Below, piece by piece: positions 37,406 through 46,759 of a stretch of 64,000 nt of DNA. The stretch spans positions 396,974 to 460,973 of the forward strand of contig CAWDNG010000012.1 in NCBI GenBank assembly GCA_963803605.1, in the 5' to 3' direction. This DNA comes from Terriglobia bacterium (lineage in GTDB: Bacteria > Acidobacteriota > Terriglobia > Terriglobales > Acidobacteriaceae). Position numbers and translations under genes: made by a program. Below the pieces are notes generated by a model. The model was not told the origin of the DNA. It saw only the letters and a list, made by a program, of their open reading frames with translations, and did no database searches. Position 1 is the first letter of the stretch. Each line of letters opens with the position of its first letter.

Positions 37406-38425
37406 ATGAACGTACTGTTTGTCGGAGGCACTGGGATCGTCAGCAGCGCCTGTACACGGCTGGCATTGGGGCGCGATATCAGACTCACGCTGCTTACCCG
37501 CGGACAACACGCGGCCGACTGGCTGACGGGGGCGGAGACCGTACGCGCTGACATCAGCGATCCACATTCAGTTGCGCAGGTGCTACGGGGGCGGCACTTC
37601 GATGTCGTCGTCAACTGGATTGCCTTTACTCCGGCCGACATCGAGCGCGACCTGGAACTATTTCGCGGACGCACCCGGCAATACATATTCATCAGCTCCG
37701 CCAGCGCCTATCAGAAACCTGCAACCGATTACCTGATTACCGAATCGACCCCACTGGCTAATCCGCACTGGGAGTATTCGAGAAACAAGATCGCCTGCGA
37801 AGAGCGTTTGCTCAAGGCCTATCGCGAAGAAGGATTCCCCGTCACGATTGTCCGGCCGTCCCTTACATATGGTGAGACTCTTATCCCGCTCGTCATCAAT
37901 AGCTGGGAGCGTTCCTACACCGTGGTGGACCGGATGCGGAAAGGGCAGAAGGTCATCGTGCCGGGCGATGGCACGTCGTTGTGGGTCATGACGCATGACA
38001 GCGATTTCGCCAAGGCTTTTATCGGGTTGCTGGGCCACGCGCAGGCGATCGGGCAGGCCTTCCACATCACGACCGACGAAGTTTTGAGCTGGGACCAGCT
38101 TTATCGCATTGTGGGTGCAGCGGCTGGAGTGGAACCCAAGATCGTGCATATCCCTTCCGACTTCATGGTGGCTTGCCGGCCGGAAATGGAAGGCACGCTG
38201 ATTGGCGACAAAGCGGTAAGCGTGGTGTTCGACAACAGCAAGATCAAGCGCTTCGTTCCCGACTATGTGGCCACAACCCGGTTCGCCGTGGGCATTCGCC
38301 AGTCGCTGGCCTGGTTCGACGCCGATCCTGCCCGGAAGCTGATCGACGCCCAGGCCAATGCCACATGGGACAAGTTGATCGACGGCTACGAAAAGGGATT
38401 GCGGGAAGCCGTGGCCAGGTTTTAG
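37406..38425 (+). CDS. NAD-dependent epimerase/dehydratase (extended SDR) family protein
   Basis: Start MNVLFVGGTGIVSSA (Rossmann GxxGxxG) at 37406, and YSRNK (YxxxK). The ORF-track start at 37277 overlaps the upstream gene and the repeat. Confidence 0.85.
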   Translation: MNVLFVGGTGIVSSACTRLALGRDIRLTLLTRGQHAADWLTGAETVRADISDPHSVAQVLRGRHFDVVVNWIAFTPADIERDLELFRGRTRQYIFISSASAYQKPATDYLITESTPLANPHWEYSRNKIACEERLLKAYREEGFPVTIVRPSLTYGETLIPLVINSWERSYTVVDRMRKGQKVIVPGDGTSLWVMTHDSDFAKAFIGLLGHAQAIGQAFHITTDEVLSWDQLYRIVGAAAGVEPKIVHIPSDFMVACRPEMEGTLIGDKAVSVVFDNSKIKRFVPDYVATTRFAVGIRQSLAWFDADPARKLIDAQANATWDKLIDGYEKGLREAVARF

Positions 38426-38444
38426 CGTGGTTAAATGTGGGCGC

Positions 38445-38487
38445 GGGCGTCCATGCCTGTGCGACGGGCGGGACGCCCGTCCTCCAT
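38445..38487. repeat. palindromic element, family 2 (copy with GACGGGCG-gga-CGCCCGTC hairpin, then T-rich tract)
   Basis: gggcgtccatgcctgtgcgacgggcgggacgcccgtcctccat shares the GGGACGCCCGTCCTCCAT core with 37363-37383. A T-rich run starts at 38494, so it may double as the SDR terminator. Confidence 0.5.
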
Positions 38488-38859
38488 CACTCATTTATTT
38501 TTTCCAGAATTCCACAGTCGGGGCGTCGGATCGGTGTTCTTGACAATTCAGAGACATCCTCCGAAACTCCGCAATCTGCACCACTTCCAAGGCCGTGTTG
38601 CTTCCGGGAAGGGAGATGAACAAAAACACGAAAAAGGGGTTGGCAGCGCGCGCAAGATGATCTATCTTGGCAGGCACAAATCTAGGCTCCGGGGGCGGAA
38701 AGAGATGCGGGCTTAGTTCGGAAAACCGGCGCGGTGGCGGTACGCGGGCCCGGGTCAGCAACCTGAACGTCACTCGCTAGCGAATATCCCTTCAGTCCCT
38801 GGCATCCTGCTCGTTCGGTATCGAGTCTAAGATTCGAAAGTTCGAAAGAAGGGCCAGCC

Positions 38860-41800
38860 GTGAAATCTCCTTGTTTCCTGCTCAGGGCTTCTCTCTTGGT
38901 ATTTTTGTGCGTGTGTGCAAGCGTTTACAGCACTGCACTTGATTCATCGCCCAGCTCAGCTTCGGACACCACAACCAGCGCGAAGTCGCCTGAAGTTCCG
39001 GCGCCGACCTCAGTCACGGGGGCCAGCGTAGTCATCCCGGGACCGCTGCGTTCTTTTTTGCGCATGGCCGGCGTCAGCCAGAAGATCTCAACCGAAGAAG
39101 TGCTGCCTCTGCTGGCGCGCAACGTAGCCATTGAAGGCTACCAGGGGCGCAAAGACAAGGCGGGCAGGCCCACGGAATTTCTGGTCCTGCTCAAACGATA
39201 TGTGGAACAGGCCAGGGAACTGGTTACACTGGCGGGCCCGGAAGGGGTCATCCGAGTTTCCAACTGCGATCAGGCGGGTCCGTTGCTGAACGTACTCGGC
39301 TATCGGCTGCGCCAGGGCTGCGGCAAGGACGCTGCCCTTGAGACTGCTGATCCCGAAAGCGCCTTCTTGACTATCGATTCCGGATTCCCGCTCGCTGAAC
39401 TTGAACAAACCCTGCAGGGAGGCGAGCCATTTGCCTGTCATTTTGCCAACACTCCAGTCCCGCTGTTGTTCTCGCCCGACGATTGGATCCAGGCGGGCGC
39501 CAAGGAGTCTCACGATAAACAGAATGATGTGCTGGATTCATTGCTCGACGACCCGGCGCTGGCCAGGCTCTACTGGGCCATGGCGCGGATGGATACCGAA
39601 ACCAGCGCCAGCCTGCGGCAATTTGCGGGGATATCGAGGCTGCTTCCTTTCGCACCCGTTCTAGATTTTTACGGTAGTCATATCTCCATTCGGCAGGGAC
39701 GGGTGGTGGTGCCGGGGGGAGTGGCCGCCGAACCCGCCTGGAAGCAACTGGCGGGAGCCAATCCTGAATCGCCGAAAGAGTTTGTGGCACGGCTGCTGGC
39801 GAAGGATGACGGCTGGCTGGCCGCCTATTTCGACACCCTCTCCCGCCTGACTCCGGCCCAGCAGGTTTACTTCACCGACGCTCATCGTTTGCCTCGTTTC
39901 TACGAGGCATTGCGCGGAAATGACATCGGAGCGGGCCCGGCCCGTCCGGTTTTCCGGCCCGATCCCGACTTGCTGCTGCTGGTGACCCGTCTGGATCTGG
40001 ATTCGTCGGGCCAGCCCAAGGTCCCAGGAAATCTGGAGGCGTGGGAGCAGATTCTCCACCAGAAAACCGATTCCAAGGTGGTGCGCCGTTGGGCCAGGCG
40101 CGCCAGCCATTGGAAGAGTCCCGATCAACTGGTGGAGGCGCTGTTTGCTTTCTCCCGGCAGAGTTCCGAAGACGGGCCCCTGCGAATCTATCTGATGCTG
40201 AGTGCGATCGATGGCGCCCGGCCACCAGAGCGGCGTTTGAGCCCGCCTACGGTCCTTCTGCTGGCGCAAAGATTTTCCCGGTATGGAAATCAGTATCTGA
40301 CTTTCTCCGAGTTCGGCGGCTTGAACGACGATTCCATCACTCGTTTTCTGGAAGTGGCAGAAAGCATTGATCGGATTTCCAATGTCACGCTGCGGGCCAA
40401 TGCGCTGGGCATCTTTCAGGCCAACGTGGGATTGTGGCAAATCCTGGCGCGCCAGGGGCAGATCCCGACCCAGGAAGAGAACCCTTCCTGGCAGGCAGTG
40501 ATCAGTCCCTTTGCAGTCCGGATCTCCTCTTCCACGCAATTGTTCGACTCCGCCCAAACCTCGGTGCGGGAATTGTGGCGCGCTGCCGCCGGCCGTCCGA
40601 ATCTTTCCCAGGACGAAGTGGTTAACCTGCTGGCCGGTCCGAGTCAGTCAAGCCCCGACGGCAGAAGAGTCCGGCAGGAACTGGCCGACAGAATGCGCGC
40701 AGTGCTGGATGGCCAGAGGCTGGTTTCCCTGGATACTCTACTGGCTTTGGGCCAGGGATTGAATGAACTGGCGCAGGGCAAGGCCGTGGGCGATACGCTG
40801 CTTCCCCTGGCCGGGCAGCTCAAGGAATTTGAGATGCCCCGCCCTATGTTTACCAGCGGCGAACGCAGCGAATGGGCAGCCGGGTTTTACAACACGCGGC
40901 ACAGTTCGCTGCAGACGCGAACCGATCTGGCCAAGATCATCAAATCCAGCAAATCGAAGAAGGAATTGGTGGATGCGCGCGGCCTGGTCGTCCCCTTCCT
41001 AAGGGACACGCTGGTGGGCTTGAACTATGCCTACTACGAGCCACCTGGGGCGCAGATTATTCTCAACAATCCGCTTTTCGTGCGCTCCCACGACTTTTCG
41101 GGAGAAATGGCGATGGGAGGAGGACAGTCCTGGCGCGTGCCGCATGTATTCGGGTCGGGCTTGCCCGCTGGCGGAGGCGCCCATCTGGCGGGCTCGCTGG
41201 CGGACCTCCCATTCGTCCTGGCAGAAGCCGAGCAGGACTTTATCGTGCCGGAAAATGTTCAGGCCTTGATCTGGCATGAGTTGGTGCCCGGACTGGTCAG
41301 CAGCGCAACCCTGCCACGCTGGTGGGGTGTCAGCCGAAATGAGTTGCACGCTGTCTCTCTCTATCAGCGAACGGGAGAGGAACTTCTAACCGCCGCCACA
41401 CAGGATGAGAAACTGCGACAGACCGTGCTGGATATTGTTTCCGAGCGCATGGCCCCGCAGCGCTCCGAGCAAATCGAGAAGGCCCTGAACGCCGGCGCCG
41501 TCGAAGACGCGCTTGCCCGGGTGTTGCCCGGCGAAACTTTCTACCTGGCGGCGGAATTCCGGCATAGGTTTCCTGGTCCCAACACCCACTGGGGAAAGGC
41601 GGGAGAGGAACTGGAGGAACTTTCTACCCGATATCCGGCGGAGGTCAGTTGGAAACGGATATCCGACGATTTCGGCGTCCCGCATCCCGCGTTGGCGCAA
41701 AGTTATTCTCTGGAGTTGCTCAATGTAAAACCCTTTCCGGCGTTCATGGGCTATTCCAGCCGCTTGCTGGCGGAGTCGTGGGACTCCAACAATTTGTACT

Positions 41801-42012
41801 GGGCCCGGCTGGCGGATGAACTGGGTTATTCCCCGGCCATGCTGAACCGGTTGGTCCCCGAACTCACCTATCGCATGGTGGAGAAGATATTTGCCACCGA
41901 CTTCGAGGATTGGCCGGCCATGCTGCGGGCGATGCGCGAGACCGGCGACGAATTCCGGCGGGGAAAGATTACCACGTTGCCGAAAGTTGCTTTGAGCTCG
42001 ACCGTTCAATAA
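38860..42012 (+). CDS. large (1050 aa) secreted protein of unknown function
   Basis: GTG start, signal-like MKSPCFLLRASLLVFLCVCASVYS, and uninterrupted protein-like composition. I recognise no domain. Confidence 0.85.
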   Translation: MKSPCFLLRASLLVFLCVCASVYSTALDSSPSSASDTTTSAKSPEVPAPTSVTGASVVIPGPLRSFLRMAGVSQKISTEEVLPLLARNVAIEGYQGRKDKAGRPTEFLVLLKRYVEQARELVTLAGPEGVIRVSNCDQAGPLLNVLGYRLRQGCGKDAALETADPESAFLTIDSGFPLAELEQTLQGGEPFACHFANTPVPLLFSPDDWIQAGAKESHDKQNDVLDSLLDDPALARLYWAMARMDTETSASLRQFAGISRLLPFAPVLDFYGSHISIRQGRVVVPGGVAAEPAWKQLAGANPESPKEFVARLLAKDDGWLAAYFDTLSRLTPAQQVYFTDAHRLPRFYEALRGNDIGAGPARPVFRPDPDLLLLVTRLDLDSSGQPKVPGNLEAWEQILHQKTDSKVVRRWARRASHWKSPDQLVEALFAFSRQSSEDGPLRIYLMLSAIDGARPPERRLSPPTVLLLAQRFSRYGNQYLTFSEFGGLNDDSITRFLEVAESIDRISNVTLRANALGIFQANVGLWQILARQGQIPTQEENPSWQAVISPFAVRISSSTQLFDSAQTSVRELWRAAAGRPNLSQDEVVNLLAGPSQSSPDGRRVRQELADRMRAVLDGQRLVSLDTLLALGQGLNELAQGKAVGDTLLPLAGQLKEFEMPRPMFTSGERSEWAAGFYNTRHSSLQTRTDLAKIIKSSKSKKELVDARGLVVPFLRDTLVGLNYAYYEPPGAQIILNNPLFVRSHDFSGEMAMGGGQSWRVPHVFGSGLPAGGGAHLAGSLADLPFVLAEAEQDFIVPENVQALIWHELVPGLVSSATLPRWWGVSRNELHAVSLYQRTGEELLTAATQDEKLRQTVLDIVSERMAPQRSEQIEKALNAGAVEDALARVLPGETFYLAAEFRHRFPGPNTHWGKAGEELEELSTRYPAEVSWKRISDDFGVPHPALAQSYSLELLNVKPFPAFMGYSSRLLAESWDSNNLYWARLADELGYSPAMLNRLVPELTYRMVEKIFATDFEDWPAMLRAMRETGDEFRRGKITTLPKVALSSTVQ

Positions 42013-42068
42013 GGGTTCTGGTTGTACAAATCAAGTCCCGAAGCCGAAACGGCTGGGGCAGGTGAACA

Positions 42069-43172
42069 ATGGCAAAGCGATTCCTTCTCTTTCTTTTGCT
42101 GGTCGTGGTGGCCCTCTCGGGCTCCATCAATCGGACCCTGGCCCAGGAAACTGACGCCGAAACCAAGATTCGCGTCGAAGTCGATATGGTGCAGTTGAAT
42201 GTGGCGGTGATGGACCGCAAAGGGAACTACGTGACCGGTCTGCGGCCCTCGGATTTTGTCGTGACCGAGGATGGAATCACGCAGAAGGTCGCCACCTTCG
42301 GCGAGGGCAACGAAGCCACCCGAATAGTGACCTCCAACGGTCCCGGCCGGGACCAGGCTGGGGACCACATGCGCTTGCGGAACGGTGCCGCGGATTCCGA
42401 TACCTCGTCGGAGCTGGGGTCCGAGCTCGGGTCGATGATGGCAGGCGCCAACGTTTTCATCCTGTTCGATACCAGCAATTACATGTATCGAGGTTTCGTT
42501 TTCGCCCAGGACGCGATCGCCGAGTTTGTCCGCTCGCTCGACGGTCCCGACCGGGTGGCGTTCTATTCCTACAGTCGCGATCTCTCGAGGGGGGCCACTC
42601 TTACCGCAGACCGCTCGCAGGTGCTGCGCGGAGTGCGCACCACGGTGGCCGGCGATGATGCTGCGTTGTACAACGCGTTGCTGATGACGGTCAGGGATGC
42701 GGGCCAGAATACCGGCAGAAAAGTCATCGTGGTGTTTTCCAACGGCCCCGACAATGCCAGCATGGTGCCGCCGGAAGATGTGGCCGAACTGGCGCAATCG
42801 AAAGGCATTCCTATCTACATGATCAGTACACGGGAGGCCAAGCTGGAGCCGGTGTCCAGCACCGTGTTCAAGCGCATGAGCGCGGCCACGGGCGGTGAAG
42901 CGTACTTTGCCAAGACCTGGAAACAGCAGCAGAAGGCGTTCGCTTCCATCCGCAATGATCTGGCGCATCTTTATTCCTTGAGCTACTACCCGCAAGCCAA
43001 CCCGAACCGGGGATGGCGTTCGATTACGGTGAAACTGGTGGGCGAGCGGGCGAAAGGCTGCCGCGTCCGCACCCGCAATGGCTACCGGCCGCAGGCGGCG
43101 CGGGTATCCGCGGAGACGGTCACGCCGGCCTCCGGAGTGGAAGGGATGCAGGGGCCAGCCTCCTCCAATTGA
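42069..43172 (+). CDS. VWA-domain protein (VWFA-related acidobacterial type)
   Basis: Signal peptide. N-terminal IRVEVDMVQLNVAVMDRKGNYVTGLRPSDFVVTEDG..Q is typical of the acidobacterial VWFA family. VWA block VFILFDTSNYM...VIVVFSNGPDN. Confidence 0.85.
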   Translation: MAKRFLLFLLLVVVALSGSINRTLAQETDAETKIRVEVDMVQLNVAVMDRKGNYVTGLRPSDFVVTEDGITQKVATFGEGNEATRIVTSNGPGRDQAGDHMRLRNGAADSDTSSELGSELGSMMAGANVFILFDTSNYMYRGFVFAQDAIAEFVRSLDGPDRVAFYSYSRDLSRGATLTADRSQVLRGVRTTVAGDDAALYNALLMTVRDAGQNTGRKVIVVFSNGPDNASMVPPEDVAELAQSKGIPIYMISTREAKLEPVSSTVFKRMSAATGGEAYFAKTWKQQQKAFASIRNDLAHLYSLSYYPQANPNRGWRSITVKLVGERAKGCRVRTRNGYRPQAARVSAETVTPASGVEGMQGPASSN

Positions 43173-43221
43173 AAGGTGTTAATCGAGTTGGAACTGCCAA
43201 TAAAGTATTTGCGGCGGCGTG

Positions 43222-43235
43222 AGTAAACGTTTACT
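43222..43235. promoter_or_regulatory. perfect 14-bp palindrome AGTAAACGTTTACT, candidate LacI-family operator
   Basis: Seen directly, 36 nt upstream of the GH51 start codon. A one-mismatch copy lies at 48176-48189. CG-centred, like LacI/CcpA-type operators. Confidence 0.6.
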
Positions 43236-43270
43236 ATTTCCCGGCCCGCTCCTCTCAGGAGGCAATCCAC

Positions 43271-44893
43271 ATGTTCTCCGCCAATCGACGTCGTTTCTTG
43301 CGTCAGGTTTCTGCTGCTGGAATCGCATGTTCCGCCAACTTCGCCTTCGGCCGTTTTCTGTCCGCCCAGACGTCAGGATCCAGCGACCTGGCGAGAATCT
43401 ACGTGGACTCGCGGCGCACCCTCGCCCCGATTGATCGCAATCTTTTTGGCTCTTTTCTCGAACATCTCGGGCGTGCCATCTACGAGGGGATTTACGATCC
43501 CGGCTCGAAGCTTTCGGACTCGAACGGTTTCCGCAAGGATGTGATGGACGAAGTGCACCACCTGGGAGTTCCCATCGTCCGCTATCCCGGGGGAAATTTT
43601 GTCTCGGGATACAACTGGCTCGACGGCGTGGGACCCAGGCAGGACCGTCCGCGGGTGCTCGACAAGGCCTGGAATGCGATCAACACCAATCAGTTCGGCA
43701 CCAACGAATTTATGGCATGGTGCAAGGCGGTCGGTACCCAGCCCCTGATGGGCCTCAATCTAGGTACTGGAACTGCGGAACAAGCCGCTGCCCTGGTGGA
43801 ATATTGCAATGTGGAGAAGGGCACGCAATGGAGCGACCTGCGCCGCAAGCATGGTTTCGCCGAGCCCTACAGCGTGAAGCACTGGTGCCTGGGAAACGAG
43901 ATGGACGGCCCCTGGCAGATCGGCCATATGACGGCCACCGAGTACGGTCTCAAGGCGCAGGATGCGGCGCGCCAGATGCACGCGGTGGATCCATCTCTTC
44001 AGCTCATCGCCTGCGGCTCGAGCGGGCCTTTCATGCCCACCTACCTGGAATGGGACCGCGAAGTCCTGGAGCAGTGTTACGACTACGTGGATGCTCTCTC
44101 CCTGCATCGCTATGTAGGGAATACGGCCGAAGAAACTGGCAACGACAGCTCGAAATATCTGGCCATGAATCTGAGCATGGAGAAACAGATCGCGGAGACA
44201 CTTGCGGTTTGCGATCTGGTGCGCGGGCACAAGCGGTCTCCCAAAAAACTGTGGCTCTCGTTCGATGAGTGGAATGTGTGGTATCGCGCGCGCACCGGGG
44301 ACGCGGTGAACGGTCACGGCCAGGAGGCGCCGCATCTGCTCGAAGAGGTTTACAACCTCGAAGATGCGCTGCTGGTGGGCGGGATCCTCAATTCTCTGAT
44401 TCGCAATGCTGACCGGGTAAAGCTGGCTTGCCTGGCGCAGTTGATCAATGTGATTGCTCCCATCATGACCAACCCAAACGGCCTGTTCCGGCAGACGATT
44501 TTCTATCCTTACAGCTGGGCGCTGCAATTCGCCCGCGGCTCCGTGCTTAACCTGCTGGTGGAATCTCCCACTTATGAAGTTTCAGGAATGGGCCAGGTTC
44601 CGTACCTGGACGTTGCCGGAACGGTCAGCTCGGAAGACGGCAAAGTTTCCCTGTTCATTCTCAACCGGGATTTGTCCAAGGCCCACGCCCTCGAGGTGAA
44701 TTGGGAGGACAAGGCGCCGGCACGGGCCCTCTCATCGGTTTTGCTGACTGGTGACGACCTGAAAGCTTTCAACAGTTTCGAGACGCCGCAAAAAGTGTCG
44801 CCGCGAACTCTGGACAAACCTTCGATCGCGGGAGGGCGGGCGAAGTTTGAGGTTCCAGCTCGCTCCTACGCGGTCATTCAGTGGGGGGCGTGA
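43271..44893 (+). CDS. abfA: GH51 alpha-L-arabinofuranosidase with Tat-type signal
   Basis: RRRFLRQVSAAG twin-arginine motif. GSFLEHLGRAIYEGIY, VRYPGGNFVSGYNW, WCLGNEMDG (acid/base E), SFDEWNVWY (nucleophile region). Confidence 0.9.
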   Translation: MFSANRRRFLRQVSAAGIACSANFAFGRFLSAQTSGSSDLARIYVDSRRTLAPIDRNLFGSFLEHLGRAIYEGIYDPGSKLSDSNGFRKDVMDEVHHLGVPIVRYPGGNFVSGYNWLDGVGPRQDRPRVLDKAWNAINTNQFGTNEFMAWCKAVGTQPLMGLNLGTGTAEQAAALVEYCNVEKGTQWSDLRRKHGFAEPYSVKHWCLGNEMDGPWQIGHMTATEYGLKAQDAARQMHAVDPSLQLIACGSSGPFMPTYLEWDREVLEQCYDYVDALSLHRYVGNTAEETGNDSSKYLAMNLSMEKQIAETLAVCDLVRGHKRSPKKLWLSFDEWNVWYRARTGDAVNGHGQEAPHLLEEVYNLEDALLVGGILNSLIRNADRVKLACLAQLINVIAPIMTNPNGLFRQTIFYPYSWALQFARGSVLNLLVESPTYEVSGMGQVPYLDVAGTVSSEDGKVSLFILNRDLSKAHALEVNWEDKAPARALSSVLLTGDDLKAFNSFETPQKVSPRTLDKPSIAGGRAKFEVPARSYAVIQWGA

Positions 44894-44894
44894 C

Positions 44895-46556
44895 GTGATC
44901 GGACGCAGAGAATTCATCCGCGGCAGCGTGGCGGGCGCAGGCTTCTTGTGGCTTAGCCGGGTTGCGCCATTTGCCGCTGCCGAGGCCGTCGGCGACGACT
45001 CACGCATCGAGGTCCTCCTGGGCGAGCCTTTGGGGACAATCTCGCCCAATATTTACGGTCACTTCGCCGAAAATCTTGGAGGAGTGATCTACGACGGCAT
45101 CTGGGTGGGCGAGAAGTCCAAAGTTCCAAACGTTAATGGCATCCGCAAAGAGCTGGTCGATGAGATGCGGAAGATCAAAGCCCCGGTGGTGCGTTATCCG
45201 GGCGGATGCTTTGCCGACAGCTATGACTGGCGTGATGGCATCGGCCCTGCTGACAAGCGTCCCCGGCGCACCAACTTCTGGGCGCAGGAAGAGAGCGCCG
45301 CCGGCCCCGCCAGCCACAAGTACGATCCTAATCAGTTCGGGACCAATGAGTTCGTGCAGTTCTGCAAGTTGATTGGCAGCCAGCCTTATCTCGCGGCCAA
45401 TGTACGAAGTCTTCCCGCGGCTGAATTCTACCGCTGGGTGGAGTATTGCAATTCTCCTGCGGGCAGCACGACGCTGGCCGAGATGCGGGCCGCAGCCGGA
45501 TACACCGAGCCCTTCGGAGTGCGCTATTGGGGCGTGGGAAACGAGTCGTGGGGTTGCGGTGGAAACTTTACGGCGCAGGAATACGCCGTGGAATTTCGCC
45601 GATATACCGCGTGGGTACCGCAGTATCAGGAGAAATTGTCATTCGTGGCTTCCGGGCCCAGCGACGACAAATGGGACTGGACCCGCGGGTTTCTGGAAGA
45701 GATTGTGCGCCATTCTCCGGGGGACATCCGTTCCATTTTCGGCCTGGCGCTTCACTACTATGCCTGGAACCTGAGCCGCGGGCGCACCCACAACTGGGTC
45801 GAGGGCAAGGGTGACGCGCTTAAGTTCGATGCACTGGACTGGTACGAACTGCTGCGCCAAGGCGACGTCATGGAGTCTCTGATCAACGGGCACTGGCTGG
45901 TGATGGGAGAATTCGACCGCGAACATTCCATCAAACTCGTAGTGGATGAATGGGGGCCCTGGTACCGCCCCGGCAGCGAGGCCACAGCGGGGGATATCCT
46001 CGAGCAAATGCCGACCCTGCGGGACGCGCTATTCAGCGGCCTCACGCTGGACACCTTCAATCGCCACCCGGAAAAAGTTGCCATGGCCAACTGCGCCCAG
46101 CTCATCAATTGCCTGAACAGTCTGTACCTGGCGCATGAGGACAAATTTTGCGTCACTCCGGTGGGCCACGTCTTTGGAATGTACGCAGCACACCAGGGTG
46201 GACAGGCTCTGCGCACGATATTCTCCGCTCCCTCAGTGAACTATGACCGCGATGGGAAGCCAGCGTCATTCTGGGGCTTGCAGGGCTCGGCATCGCTGCA
46301 TGACAAGGAACTGGTGCTGACGGTAGTCAATCCGCACGTGAACGTGGCGCGTGAAACCAGGATTGGGGCTCGGGGCGCGAGTTTGAAATCGGGTACAGCC
46401 ACGACCCTGACAAGCTCAGATATTCACGCCCACAACACGTTTGCAGAGCGGAACGTAGTCAGCCCCCAGATGAAAGCGCTTGATTTACAGCGGGGACGTC
46501 TCACCTACAACTTTCCGCCTGCATCCGTGACCAAGCTGACGCTGTCGCTCGAGTAG
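44895..46556 (+). CDS. second GH51 alpha-L-arabinofuranosidase with Tat-type signal
   Basis: The GTG at 44895 lies just after the upstream stop. GRREFIRGSVAGAG motif. GHFAENLGGVIYDGIW, VRYPGGCFADSYDW, WGVGNESWG, VVDEWGPWY. Confidence 0.9.
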   Translation: MIGRREFIRGSVAGAGFLWLSRVAPFAAAEAVGDDSRIEVLLGEPLGTISPNIYGHFAENLGGVIYDGIWVGEKSKVPNVNGIRKELVDEMRKIKAPVVRYPGGCFADSYDWRDGIGPADKRPRRTNFWAQEESAAGPASHKYDPNQFGTNEFVQFCKLIGSQPYLAANVRSLPAAEFYRWVEYCNSPAGSTTLAEMRAAAGYTEPFGVRYWGVGNESWGCGGNFTAQEYAVEFRRYTAWVPQYQEKLSFVASGPSDDKWDWTRGFLEEIVRHSPGDIRSIFGLALHYYAWNLSRGRTHNWVEGKGDALKFDALDWYELLRQGDVMESLINGHWLVMGEFDREHSIKLVVDEWGPWYRPGSEATAGDILEQMPTLRDALFSGLTLDTFNRHPEKVAMANCAQLINCLNSLYLAHEDKFCVTPVGHVFGMYAAHQGGQALRTIFSAPSVNYDRDGKPASFWGLQGSASLHDKELVLTVVNPHVNVARETRIGARGASLKSGTATTLTSSDIHAHNTFAERNVVSPQMKALDLQRGRLTYNFPPASVTKLTLSLE

Positions 46557-46730
46557 TGTGGGTCGGACACTCTTGTCCGACGCCCTTGATCTTGATTTGC
46601 TCTCAGGTTTCAGCCGTCAGGCAGAAACTGTACGGGTCGGACCCTCTTGTCCGACGTTCAGGTCAAGTCAAGATCAAAATCAAAATCAAAATCAAAATCA
46701 AGAGCGTCGGACAAGAGTGTCCGACCCACA
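46557..46730. repeat. REP-type composite palindromic element, family 1 (copy 2, three arms)
   Basis: Arms at 46557-46584, 46634-46656 (same orientation as the first) and 46704-46730 (inverted). (aaatca)n tract at 46671-46702. Confidence 0.85.
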
Positions 46731-46759
46731 TTCTGAGGTCAGCTTTTCGGCCCAGCGTT

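Noticed and set aside
36403-37692. 429-aa minus-strand ORF spanning AKR and the start of the SDR gene
   Set aside because: It is antisense to two well-supported genes and crosses a repeat. Its composition is Arg/Pro/Ala-rich.
38560-38800. Possible riboswitch-like leader (faint resemblance to GEMM-I / ykkC-type GC-rich motifs, e.g. CTAGGCTCCGGG.., ..GGTACGCGGGCCCGGGTCAGC) upstream of the 1050-aa gene
   Set aside because: I could not fold it into the conserved helices or find the invariant nucleotides of either class. The resemblance is limited to short GC-rich words. An Infernal scan against Rfam would settle it.
42006-42995. 329-aa minus-strand ORF antisense to the VWA gene
   Set aside because: A shadow ORF. 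The plus strand shows the VWA family N-terminal and MIDAS-region blocks.
46671-46702. Regularly spaced short repeats (aaatca x5) that might suggest a CRISPR-like array
   Set aside because: The units are 6 nt, contiguous, and lie within the loop of a REP element. No spacers or cas genes are present.
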